Positions 19,364 through 29,188 of a stretch of 64,000 nucleotides of DNA are shown in pieces (position 1 is the first letter of the stretch; every line of letters begins with the position of its first letter). Origin of the DNA: Fibrobacterales bacterium (GTDB taxonomy: Bacteria > Fibrobacterota > Fibrobacteria > Fibrobacterales > JAOPTW01); the NCBI GenBank assembly GCA_051532035.1, contig JAOPTW010000014.1, forward strand, positions 133,470-197,469, read 5' to 3'. A program made the translations under genes and the position numbers. Below the pieces are notes generated by a model. That model was not told the DNA's origin. It made no database searches and saw nothing but the letters and a program-made list of their open reading frames with translations.

Positions 19364-19514
19364 CATAACAAACCAGAGCGAACAATCTCTTGCCCTTAAC
19401 CGTGCAGAAGAAGAGATGAAAAAGAGCAATAGCTTAAGCCCTGAGTCTGCAGAAGTGCTCCTCATGGATGCTATACTTCGGAAGAAATCTCGTCAGGAGC
19501 AAAATTATAGTTAA
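19356..19514 (+). CDS. possible 52-aa small protein
   Basis: ATG overlaps the end of map and the ORF fills the gap to the GT9 gene; helical charged composition; no recognised family. Confidence 0.4.
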   Translation: MHNITNQSEQSLALNRAEEEMKKSNSLSPESAEVLLMDAILRKKSRQEQNYS

Positions 19515-20934
19515 TCAAGATATAGAAAAACGCGTGTTGATAATCCTCCCCAATAATCCGGGAGATGTCATCATGGCTTTATATCTTATTGACTCACTCA
19601 GACGATACCACCCAGAATACACACTTGATTACCTTATTGATGCCGAGTGTAAAGACCTTGTGGAACACCATCCTCACATAGATCGATGTCATGTTCTTCC
19701 TCGAGCGTCAATTCAAAAACATACTGAAAACAATGATTATAGTCGTGCCTATGGATTATTAAGAGAATCTTTAAGCCAACTTCTCTCTACCCATTACCTG
19801 CTCTCTCTCAACCTCTTTCAGGATGATTACTCAGCCATACTTCAAAGCATGATTATCGCCGACACTAAAAAGGGGAAGTGCCTTGGCCCCTTTGGTGAAT
19901 TTATTATCCCTGACAATTGGAGCCGCTACCTCTATGCAATACCAGCCAATAGAAAAGCTAACAGACTCCACGCTATAGATATCTATCACAGAATTGCAGG
20001 AATACACAATTACTCTCGCCCCAATGCATCACTTCCCCCTTGTGCTGTTCCAAAACAACTACTCAGCGCTCTCCCTCAGAACTATATTGCAATACAACAA
20101 GGATCGGCATGGAGTGGCAAAAAATGGCCACTCTCCTACTGGACAGAGTCAATTAATAATATTATAGACAATAGCAATGATCATATCGTCTTGATTGGCG
20201 CACCACAAGAATTTGAACAAAACGAGAAACTCCGTGCCATTGCCCCTGGCCGCATATTTAATAAAACAGGCTCAACATCACTCGTGGAATTGTCTAAAGT
20301 ACTGAGCAATGCCCGTCTTCTCATTACAGGAGACACCTTTGCCATGCATATGGCAACCGCTGTTTCATGCCCTGTCATTGCGCTCTTTGGCCCGAGTAAC
20401 CCTATTGAGACCGGCCCTTATGGATTACACCATTTTGTAGTGCAATCCAATCACCCGACACAAAATGATTTTGACCTCAAAGCCGAAGCACACCAAGGTC
20501 TCTCTGCTATTAAACCAGCGACTATAGCAAGCCTTGCACTCTCTACTATCCCTTTAGAAAACTCACTATCAGAGACCTTTTGGAATGAATCACAGAGCTA
20601 TCAGTTTTTGGTTAATAGTGACGCAAGTAGCCACTCAATTGTTGCATCCCTGAGCATTACCCCGGACATTACCGATGTACCTATCAAAGATGTTGTACCA
20701 ATACTCACTGTAATTGAGCAAAAGCTCACGGGGTATCTTGGATCTATTCCAACACCAGCACAGAGTGCAGAGCTTGCTCAACTCGACACATCACTGCATC
20801 AATACACACAGAACAATCTCTCTTTTGAATACTATCGCATTACCTTAAATAGCATACCAGTTAATTCTATTGATACCTATCTCAATCAACGACTTGAAAT
20901 AACCAGGTATTTTCTAAAAGAACTCGGGCAGTAA
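19468..20934 (+). CDS. glycosyltransferase family 9 (LPS heptosyltransferase-like)
   Basis: PGDVIM, KKWP, LITGDTFAMHMATAV, ALFGPSNP..TGPYG. Start codon uncertain. Confidence 0.9.
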   Translation: MLYFGRNLVRSKIIVNQDIEKRVLIILPNNPGDVIMALYLIDSLRRYHPEYTLDYLIDAECKDLVEHHPHIDRCHVLPRASIQKHTENNDYSRAYGLLRESLSQLLSTHYLLSLNLFQDDYSAILQSMIIADTKKGKCLGPFGEFIIPDNWSRYLYAIPANRKANRLHAIDIYHRIAGIHNYSRPNASLPPCAVPKQLLSALPQNYIAIQQGSAWSGKKWPLSYWTESINNIIDNSNDHIVLIGAPQEFEQNEKLRAIAPGRIFNKTGSTSLVELSKVLSNARLLITGDTFAMHMATAVSCPVIALFGPSNPIETGPYGLHHFVVQSNHPTQNDFDLKAEAHQGLSAIKPATIASLALSTIPLENSLSETFWNESQSYQFLVNSDASSHSIVASLSITPDITDVPIKDVVPILTVIEQKLTGYLGSIPTPAQSAELAQLDTSLHQYTQNNLSFEYYRITLNSIPVNSIDTYLNQRLEITRYFLKELGQ

Positions 20935-21079
20935 CGTCCAAATGGTAGCCATCTATACTGTATCTTACCACATCAGAAAGTCACCCTACGCAACAGTTTG
21001 ACAACAGTTTAACTTTCTTTGTATTGACTACATTATGATAAGGAATTATTATAATCATAGTAATAGCCTGGAGGAATCG

Positions 21080-23638
21080 TTGAAACACTTTATAACCATC
21101 ATATCCTGTTGCATATTTATACTCAACGCAAACGAACCAGTAGATGACTTGGAAATCTTGATGGAGATGTCTTTTGAAGAGCTTCTCAATCAAACTATTG
21201 TCGTAGCATCAAAAAAAGCTGAACCTGTTTCTGACGCATCGGGATCGGTAACGGTATACTCCAGAAAGGCCATGGATGCCATGGGTATTTACACACTTAA
21301 AGACCTTGCTGAAGTGACTCCTGGATATTCACTCAATGTTACCTCAGACAATGATGTCTGGCTAGAGACACGAGGCACCTACGGAACGCACAACTCCAAA
21401 CATCTAATATTAGTTGATGGTGTTTCTATAAATAATGCTCGAAACTATATGGGACAAGTTGACTGGGACCTCCCATTACATTGCGCTGAACGAATAGAAT
21501 TTCTTAAAGGGCCCGCATCAGCACTCTATGGAACTGGTGCATTTAATGGTGTTATTAATATTGTCTCGAACACAAACGAACAAGCTCGGGTTATCATTAA
21601 TGCGGGTAGTGAAAATTTTAGAAAGAACAGAGATGGTAACTACATAATGAACAAATCACTCTTGGCCTCTCTCACCAAAAAAGGAGCCTATGGCATAACC
21701 CACCTGAGTATTGGTTATCACACCAAAGATGCAGATCAACAGCCGACATCGAAAAATTATCTGTCCGAACTTAACAAAACAATTGAAACAAGCAACCAAA
21801 CGGGGCGCTATACCATCGACAATAAACAAACATATACTGCCATAGATAGCTCTGGGTCATTCACACTTCTAAACACTGATACTCTTCAGACGAGTGATGT
21901 TACTATCGATAGCTCTTTTTCTTTTTCCAGTACAGGCTCTCTCCCCTATGATACTATTACCGTACAAGGCTACCCTGTATACTCCCAACAAGAACTCAGC
22001 GACCACTCGATTATTCTGGGCAACTATTCTCTTATTGATACACTCAACAGTGATGGCATCCCATATTATGTTATTAAAGATTCACTCGTAAACAAGCAAG
22101 TAGCCCGATACCTCACTGCCATCGATACCAATACCCGAAATTTTCCCGAACAGTATGGCGCTACACAAAATGAGATGCAGACCCAAGAGACGTCATTATT
22201 CATACATCTTTCACAACTTTTTACTGAAGGCCTCTTTGAAGGAGTTAAAATCGGACTCATATATACCGACAGAGAAAATGGCTATGGCATGGGCTGGGCA
22301 GACAACTCAAGTATTTCGAACCTTCACATTTGGAGTTCCCTTATACCCTATCTATCATATACCAAAGAACTCACGTCATCACTTCACCTCTATAGTAGTA
22401 TTAAGTACAATAAAAGCAGAGAGTTTGGCAAACAGGCTAATAGAGTGGGGTGGTGGGCAGAAACAGGCTCTTCCAATGCCATTATAAGTGGTACCGCAAC
22501 GCCTCGGTGGGGGCTTTTTGAATACGACGTATTCACTCACAATATTGAGGGCACCTCAGAACTTTCTTATTCAAATCATGAGAACTTCACTATCATTGCC
22601 GGCTTACAATATGACACTCGGTGGCAAGATCAACAACGCTCGTACACTATACATTCTAATGCACCTGCTACCAATGGATTCAATGGAGGACTTACGCAAC
22701 TCTATGGTGAGAAAGCGCACACATGGTCGGAGTACATTCAAATGAGTTATACACTCCCTCTTATAAAAGGACTGATAACAACAACTGGAGTCAGGCAAGA
22801 CAATGGATATCTCGATGGTGAAACATACTCAACACTTTCGCCCAGACTCGCTTTAGTACAAAAAATTACTGACCAAATTAACCTTCGGTCCTCTTATAGC
22901 CGAGCTCTCAAAGCCCCAGGCATTCAAGAAGTGAGTCACAATAGTGAAAAAAGTTATCAAATTGATAATCACAATGCGTTATACCCCGACAAACAAGACC
23001 TTACCAAACTTAAGACCGTAAAACCAGAAATCATAGAAACCCTCGAAGGGGGCCTAACCTATAACAGAGCGAAGTTCTCTGCCTCATATACTCACTTTTA
23101 TAATAGAACCACCCAAACTATTGGTAAATTCTTTTTTGGGAAAAAACATGGAACCCTCGATAATGGTGGGGCAATTGATGGCGCCATTCTTGAGTCTGAC
23201 TTTTTTGGAAACTACGAGGGCACAACTTACGCACAGGGTGGTGAATTAGAGTTTCAATTCACTCCAAACAAAACCTATTATATTGTTGCTAATAGCTCTT
23301 TTTCTGAAACATGGGGCTTTCCTAATCCTGATAGTCCCGACAATGAAACAGGTTACACTCCATATGCACCCGTCTGGACAGGAAACCTCGGCCTATCCTA
23401 TACTGCGAGTATCTTTAACTCTTTCGCCTGGATTAAATATGTAAGTGGATACCGTGAATTCAAAACGGTCAAAAATGGACATTTCGCCATTGATATTAAT
23501 AATCGTTTAACCCTTGCGTCATATGCTGATTTGACCCTTAAGGTTACTAATCTATTAAACAACAAATATAAAACAGCTGTGGGTGCTTATTATCTCCCAG
23601 AGCGTACTATTACGATTGGGGTTGATACGCAATTTTAA
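21080..23638 (+). CDS. TonB-dependent receptor
   Basis: GGAGG then TTG at 21080; plug motifs LILVDGV and IEFLKGPASALYG..GVINI; C-terminal NLLN..ERTITIGVDTQF. Confidence 0.9.
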   Translation: MKHFITIISCCIFILNANEPVDDLEILMEMSFEELLNQTIVVASKKAEPVSDASGSVTVYSRKAMDAMGIYTLKDLAEVTPGYSLNVTSDNDVWLETRGTYGTHNSKHLILVDGVSINNARNYMGQVDWDLPLHCAERIEFLKGPASALYGTGAFNGVINIVSNTNEQARVIINAGSENFRKNRDGNYIMNKSLLASLTKKGAYGITHLSIGYHTKDADQQPTSKNYLSELNKTIETSNQTGRYTIDNKQTYTAIDSSGSFTLLNTDTLQTSDVTIDSSFSFSSTGSLPYDTITVQGYPVYSQQELSDHSIILGNYSLIDTLNSDGIPYYVIKDSLVNKQVARYLTAIDTNTRNFPEQYGATQNEMQTQETSLFIHLSQLFTEGLFEGVKIGLIYTDRENGYGMGWADNSSISNLHIWSSLIPYLSYTKELTSSLHLYSSIKYNKSREFGKQANRVGWWAETGSSNAIISGTATPRWGLFEYDVFTHNIEGTSELSYSNHENFTIIAGLQYDTRWQDQQRSYTIHSNAPATNGFNGGLTQLYGEKAHTWSEYIQMSYTLPLIKGLITTTGVRQDNGYLDGETYSTLSPRLALVQKITDQINLRSSYSRALKAPGIQEVSHNSEKSYQIDNHNALYPDKQDLTKLKTVKPEIIETLEGGLTYNRAKFSASYTHFYNRTTQTIGKFFFGKKHGTLDNGGAIDGAILESDFFGNYEGTTYAQGGELEFQFTPNKTYYIVANSSFSETWGFPNPDSPDNETGYTPYAPVWTGNLGLSYTASIFNSFAWIKYVSGYREFKTVKNGHFAIDINNRLTLASYADLTLKVTNLLNNKYKTAVGAYYLPERTITIGVDTQF

Positions 23639-23675
23639 TGGGCTCTCTAGAAGCCCCCAACAAACCCCTTTAAGT

Positions 23676-23705
23676 AAAACAGCCTGTCGATTGACTGGCT
23701 GTTTT
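23676..23705. terminator. bidirectional terminator between TBDR and GH16
   Basis: AAAACAGCCTGTC-loop-GACTGGCTGTTTT inverted repeat with one mismatch. Confidence 0.7.
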
Positions 23706-23739
23706 GTTTTCAAGAAAAATATGTCTTTAAAATAACTTG

Positions 23740-24855
23740 TTACTCTAAAGCTTCGATCGCATCCCAATCTAACGGTTCGGAATCGAGTTCATAATATCGT
23801 ATCCAATCATACTCTGCTTTGAGTGGATACGTATTACCATCATTGGGGCCACCAAAGCCTGTACCATAATTTGAAATCCAAAAATTAGCAAGAAGCGAAA
23901 GTGGCTCATCCGGAACAAATTCAGTATCGCCATCATTTTGAGCAAAAATTTCACGAGTCAATTCATCGTTAGTATAAAATTTAACATATCCAGGCCCCCA
24001 CTCCATACTATACACGTTAAAATTATGGATCTCATAATTAGACGGTGATTCCGAGCGATTATTTTGTTCACCATTAGTGCGCCATATATTTGTTTTATAG
24101 GATGTATTATACTGCCCTTCAACTTCCACATCCATCTCTCTCCAATGAGTTTTTGGAAAATGAAACCAGAAAAGTGAGGTCACCCACCCGCTCCCTGGTG
24201 GCCCTTTTATACGGCCTTCGAGGCGCCCATATTTATAGGTCATCTTTTTAGTCGCTAACTCACCACATATATAATCTCTATTACCCACCTCTGCATTTTC
24301 GGTATTTGAAAAGCCTCCAGGCACAAACTGCTCTTGTACTGTGAGATACATTGCAGAATCATTGTACTCAATGCCATCAGGCCCAAAACGACATAAGTTA
24401 CCATCCCATGTACCATCTCCCGACTTCCAATAAATAGGATTTGCAGGAACCCCATTAAACTCCTCTGCTATTTTCAAAGTAAAGCCATCATACTTAGGAA
24501 AATCATCTGGGTCAAAGGCATACGGATCAACTTCAACTGAAGATGAAGGTTCCTCTGAACTTGAAACCGCTTCACTTGAAGAGGGTTCTTCCGAACTAGA
24601 ACTCATCTCGTTGAGTGAACTCGATGACTCAACGTCTTCGGAACTACTGAACTCTTCACTACTCTCAATTTCTTCAGATGACTCAACAGTTTCTGATGAC
24701 AATGTAAGAGTTTCGGAAGAGAGTGCATCTCCACTCGAAGGCTGTGTTGATTGTGAACTTGTTGAGTCAATATCACCTGATGCAAGATCTGGTGAACAGC
24801 CCGTCCCAATGAATAACGGTATAAGTACCAATGCCTGAAATAGATTGTGTTTCAT
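23740..24855 (-). CDS. GH16 beta-glucanase lipoprotein
   Basis: Lipobox GTGC, Ser/Glu-rich linker, YGRLEGRIK, catalytic EMDVE (ExDxE), YSMEW, YDWIRYY. Confidence 0.9.
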   Translation of the reverse strand: MKHNLFQALVLIPLFIGTGCSPDLASGDIDSTSSQSTQPSSGDALSSETLTLSSETVESSEEIESSEEFSSSEDVESSSSLNEMSSSSEEPSSSEAVSSSEEPSSSVEVDPYAFDPDDFPKYDGFTLKIAEEFNGVPANPIYWKSGDGTWDGNLCRFGPDGIEYNDSAMYLTVQEQFVPGGFSNTENAEVGNRDYICGELATKKMTYKYGRLEGRIKGPPGSGWVTSLFWFHFPKTHWREMDVEVEGQYNTSYKTNIWRTNGEQNNRSESPSNYEIHNFNVYSMEWGPGYVKFYTNDELTREIFAQNDGDTEFVPDEPLSLLANFWISNYGTGFGGPNDGNTYPLKAEYDWIRYYELDSEPLDWDAIEALE

Positions 24856-25171
24856 AAGACCTGTCTTTTATTTGTGTTCTATGTCTCGTGTACTCTGTTT
24901 GTATTGTGGCTTTAAAATATATACTCTACAATGAGAGTACAAGTGAAATAGAGAAAAATTTTCGCTTAACAGACCACTGAATCGGGTGAAGTCCATGGCT
25001 ATTGTTTTTAAAATAATTTTAAATTCTCACGTACTAAATGTGTTCGCAAGTGTAAAAAGGTCTTAATTAAAAGCGGTATCAAAATATGTGAACTTTAGTT
25101 TATTTATATTTTATTCACTCTAATTGACACTTATCAAATAATTAGAGCATCTAACTTAATATAGGAAAAAT

Positions 25172-25843
25172 ATGAGAAACTTAAAAAATCTATGTTTAAA
25201 AACTATTGGTCTATCACTTCTTGTTGCAACAGCAACTATCAATGCCGGTGACTTAATAAAAAATGGAAAATTTATTTATGGCGAATCAAATTGGACAACA
25301 ATAGAAACCAAAGGTGATATCACCTTTCCTTCAGGTATGGCTAAGCTAGTGCCTGATTATGGAGGTAAAAATATTAAAATGCAACTTTATCAAGCAGTTA
25401 AGGTTGTAGCTGGAACAACATATAGCTATTCGTTCAAAGTTAAATCTCCAGACAACAACTATCAACTTCCTTTTGTTGTTGAGAAAAATGGAACTCCATG
25501 GACAACTCACTTTACCAAAGAATTTCGTCTGACGAGCAGCGATTGGATAAAATATAGTGGTACATTTACTGCAAAAACATCTGAAGTAGTAAAAATCGGA
25601 TTTATGAAATCATACACTGATGCCACGATATATATTGATGATGTATCAGTTAAAAAAATTAAGAAACCACTAGCATTATTTTTACCCAAAAGCACTGGGG
25701 CCCCATGTGATGAAAATCAAGCAGGTAGAATTAAATATTATGAAGATGGTGGTCGCGGCGGCTATTATGGTCATGTTGTAGTTATCTGCCTTCAGTATGG
25801 CGATTATACTTGGAAATGGCGTAAACTTGAATTAGAAAATTAA
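25172..25843 (+). CDS. secreted carbohydrate-binding (CBM4/9-like) protein
   Basis: Signal peptide; LIKNGKF, QLYQAV, GTTYSYSF, WIKYSGTFTA, IYIDDVSV; short Cys-containing tail. Confidence 0.75.
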   Translation: MRNLKNLCLKTIGLSLLVATATINAGDLIKNGKFIYGESNWTTIETKGDITFPSGMAKLVPDYGGKNIKMQLYQAVKVVAGTTYSYSFKVKSPDNNYQLPFVVEKNGTPWTTHFTKEFRLTSSDWIKYSGTFTAKTSEVVKIGFMKSYTDATIYIDDVSVKKIKKPLALFLPKSTGAPCDENQAGRIKYYEDGGRGGYYGHVVVICLQYGDYTWKWRKLELEN

Positions 25844-26693
25844 ATTTTAAAATATTGCCATGTGTGACTCACGTCTTATATGGCAATATACATATACAAA
25901 CTCGGTAACAAATACTGGGAATCCTATTATTACGGCATTTCCAGTATTTCATCAACCCTCATTCCACATATTAAACAATATACTATTCAATTCTCCTGGT
26001 AATCCCCCTTATTTTACATTTCTTTTTAACACTAACCAGGCTCCTCAAAGTATTCTTTATTCCTAATGTTCAAGTGTACTTTCTTAAACTATACTTCTTT
26101 GTCTTTTAATACATTACCCCAAAAGCAAGTAAGTATTTCAATTTTTTATTTTCGATAATCTGTATAAGAAGCTCTTTATTATTCATATCGCAGTAATTTT
26201 TAACAACAAGGGACATAAGACTATTCTGAAAGCGGAAAGCAGACAAGAACGATTAATTTGGGTGTTGATATTGACTAATAAGTACGATAAAAGACTAGGT
26301 TTGAAGTAATGGGCTCCGAAATCCTTTAGCCACTCTGTACTGTATCAATTCAAATATTTTTCATTATTTTTAATCAGCCATTGACTTGACGAATAAAACT
26401 GATAGCCATGAGTATAGTGAAATAATGTTCACCTGTACTATCACAGAGGCTTTTAAAATGTTATTCACTCAATAGAATCTATATTACACCCTATTTTGCT
26501 TCGTAAGTAATACCATGACCATATGGATAGTCACCTTTATTTCCATCAAATGGAAGATTATCTAATGAACTAATCTGATCAACGACAATTATCTTTCCCG
26601 TACGCATTGACTCACTAATTATTTTACCCTAATGTGAAGCGTCTCCACATTACTTAAGAAAGTCTTTTTCACATTCACTGAAAGGCCTAAACG

Positions 26694-26720
26694 AAAAAAG
26701 ACCACCCGAAGATGGCCTTT
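26694..26720 (-). terminator. intrinsic terminator after GH3 #1
   Basis: Minus strand AAAGGCCATC-TTCG-GGTGGTCTTTTTT (UUCG loop). Confidence 0.85.
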
Positions 26721-26746
26721 AAGTAGAAAATATAATTAAGGTACTA

Positions 26747-28951
26747 TTAGTATGCTAAACCATCACCAACTGACCAAAGTGCATCCTTACCATCACCTTT
26801 ATTAATAGGCACATCAGCAAATGATTTTGCAAAGGAGTGCGAAAGCTTTGCGGTAGGAGACACATCACCAAAGAGGATATCAGCTACACCAGCACCCTCA
26901 GATCCAGGTAACCAAGCCACTACAAATCCATCAGAATTATCAGCAGCATTTTTAACCAACATTGCTCTACCACTGATCAAGACTGTTACAACAGGTATTC
27001 CTTTATTATTATAAGCTGCTATCATATCTAGTTGATCTTGTGGGATCACTAACATGTTTTTATCAACTCTGCTACAAGGGTCAGTATTTGTCCCTGCATC
27101 ATCACAACGATAATCATCACCAAACCATTCGGCATAAGGTGCCTCACCAATAACAACGATCGCAACGTCAGCATCTTTCCCGATTCCTGACAGATCTTCC
27201 ACAATTGTTGCGCCAGGAGCAACTTCTTTTATCCCCTCAAGAATCGTAGTTGCACCGTCATAATTGACCCATTGATTTAATGCAAGTTCACCTTTAAATA
27301 CATCGGCTTTTGCCTCTTGAGACCCCTGCCAGAAGCGAGTCCATCCACCTGATTGTAAGCCCGAGTTATCAGCAAAAGCACCAACTACTGCGATTTTTGC
27401 ATCCTTAGATAGCGGCAATACATCGCCCTCATTTTTCGTAACTACCATAGTTTTAGCGACCGCTTCACGAGCAACAGCTCTATGCTCTGCACTTCCAACT
27501 TTATCTGCGAGAGATGCATCAACATCAGTCCCATCAAGTAAGCCCAAACGAAATTTCATTCGTAAAATTCTTGTCACTGCATCATTAATACGACCTTCAG
27601 AAACACTACCATCTTTTGCAAATCCCAATAATGCGTTATAAATATCAATATATGAGCTTCCTTCTTTCCAATCATTTGCAGCCATGAGCATATCAATTCC
27701 TGCATTTACTGCATTAAGAAGTGTTCCATTCCCAACAACATATCCTTCCCAATCAGATACAATAACTCCCTTATATTCCATTTCACCTTTGAGTACATCC
27801 GTAAGCCACTTTTTACTCACGTGCATTCTTTCACCGTTAACTTCATTAAAGGCAGCCATCACTGATGCAACCCCTACATCAACAGCTTTTTGATATGGAG
27901 GCATAAAAATATTATCAATATCAGCTTGACTAATAGTAGCAGAACCGCGCTCGCTACCATTCTCTGTTATTCCATCACCAAAGAAGTGCTTAACACATGA
28001 CGCAACAGCTGTGGAGTTTGTTAAACCACCATTTTGAAGGCCGTTAACAGTCGCTTCAATTCTAGGAGTAACTATTTCTTCTGTCTCACCAAACGCCTCA
28101 TACACACGGCCCCAACGCTCATTTTTTGATACTGTTGCCACAGGAGCAAAGGTCCAGTTAATTCCTGCAGCCCTTGTCTCAATTGCAGTTATTTTTGCTA
28201 TCTCATAAGCCATATCCAAATCTTGCATACCACCAAGACCAACTTGGTGAGGAAATACTACTGAACCTGGAAGGAAGGCATTACCATGGACCGCATCAAT
28301 ACCAACCAATAGAGGAAGTCCACTACTTGATTGTGCTGCAATACCTTGAAGCTCTGCAAACTTGTCACTCCACGGGCCTGCACTATTACCTGGAATATCG
28401 TCTTCTGTACTTGCATGAATAATTGAACCAATATTATAATCTTTGATATCGTTTACAGAACCTATTTTGTTCGTATGATACCAAACAATTTGAATCATCT
28501 GCCCCACTTTCTCTTCAAGGGTAAGTTCTACCAATTTATCTTCAATTAATTTTTCCATTGCTGGGTCTAAATCATTATTTTCAAAGGCGCTTTTAGGACT
28601 AGAATCAGAACTTTCAGGCTCATCATCTGAAGAAATTCCTTCATCAGATGAACTTAACTCATCAGATGATCCCTTTTCTACTATTGAGGAAGACTGAGGG
28701 TCTGACTCTGATGAAGAATCTCCAGCATCACCTTTTACCTCAGATGAACCTCCATCCTTACTTAATGATGAACTATCCTCATCACCCCCATTAGAGCTCC
28801 CTGCATCAGAGCTTTCTAGCTCTTGACTACTTTCTGCTCCATCATCTGATGACTCATTGGCAACTTGTGTCCCGGTGTCGCCACACCCCTGAATTACAAT
28901 GAACATAAATAATGCAATAAGCATTATGAGAACTGAATTTAATTTTTTCAT
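26747..28951 (-). CDS. GH3 beta-glucosidase / exo-beta-glucanase lipoprotein
   Basis: Lipobox IQGC; LTLEEKVGQM, GIDAVHG, WGRVYE, KHF, nucleophile IVSDW, EAPYAE, AWLPGSEG. Confidence 0.93.
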   Translation of the reverse strand: MKKLNSVLIMLIALFMFIVIQGCGDTGTQVANESSDDGAESSQELESSDAGSSNGGDEDSSSLSKDGGSSEVKGDAGDSSSESDPQSSSIVEKGSSDELSSSDEGISSDDEPESSDSSPKSAFENNDLDPAMEKLIEDKLVELTLEEKVGQMIQIVWYHTNKIGSVNDIKDYNIGSIIHASTEDDIPGNSAGPWSDKFAELQGIAAQSSSGLPLLVGIDAVHGNAFLPGSVVFPHQVGLGGMQDLDMAYEIAKITAIETRAAGINWTFAPVATVSKNERWGRVYEAFGETEEIVTPRIEATVNGLQNGGLTNSTAVASCVKHFFGDGITENGSERGSATISQADIDNIFMPPYQKAVDVGVASVMAAFNEVNGERMHVSKKWLTDVLKGEMEYKGVIVSDWEGYVVGNGTLLNAVNAGIDMLMAANDWKEGSSYIDIYNALLGFAKDGSVSEGRINDAVTRILRMKFRLGLLDGTDVDASLADKVGSAEHRAVAREAVAKTMVVTKNEGDVLPLSKDAKIAVVGAFADNSGLQSGGWTRFWQGSQEAKADVFKGELALNQWVNYDGATTILEGIKEVAPGATIVEDLSGIGKDADVAIVVIGEAPYAEWFGDDYRCDDAGTNTDPCSRVDKNMLVIPQDQLDMIAAYNNKGIPVVTVLISGRAMLVKNAADNSDGFVVAWLPGSEGAGVADILFGDVSPTAKLSHSFAKSFADVPINKGDGKDALWSVGDGLAY

Positions 28952-29115
28952 GTGCTGTGTCTTTTATTTGTGCCACGTATTTAACGCAGTATGTTAGTAT
29001 GGTACAATAAATGTATACATTCACACATCAAGGCTCAATAACTAATCTCTTACGTACGGTAATATTTCATAGCACACTTTTCATATTTATACTCTACTAT
29101 TGGGCACTATATACC

Positions 29116-29146
29116 AAAAGGGCCACCTCATCATTGAGGCGGCCCT
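29116..29146 (-). terminator. intrinsic terminator after GH3 #2
   Basis: Minus strand AGGGCCGCCTCA-loop-TGAGGTGGCCCTTTT. Confidence 0.8.
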
Positions 29147-29188
29147 AATATTTAGATACTTATTGAAATATGAGTTATGTCATATTAA

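Noticed and set aside
20935..21079. Cobalamin or TPP riboswitch ahead of the TonB-dependent receptor
   Set aside because: The spacer is short and lacks the conserved riboswitch motifs.
25860..26690. Long AT-rich spacer with minus-strand GFPVFVTEF (GH5-like) and a 68-aa plus-strand ORF
   Set aside because: The match is flanked by stops with no other GH5 motifs; it cannot be separated from chance.
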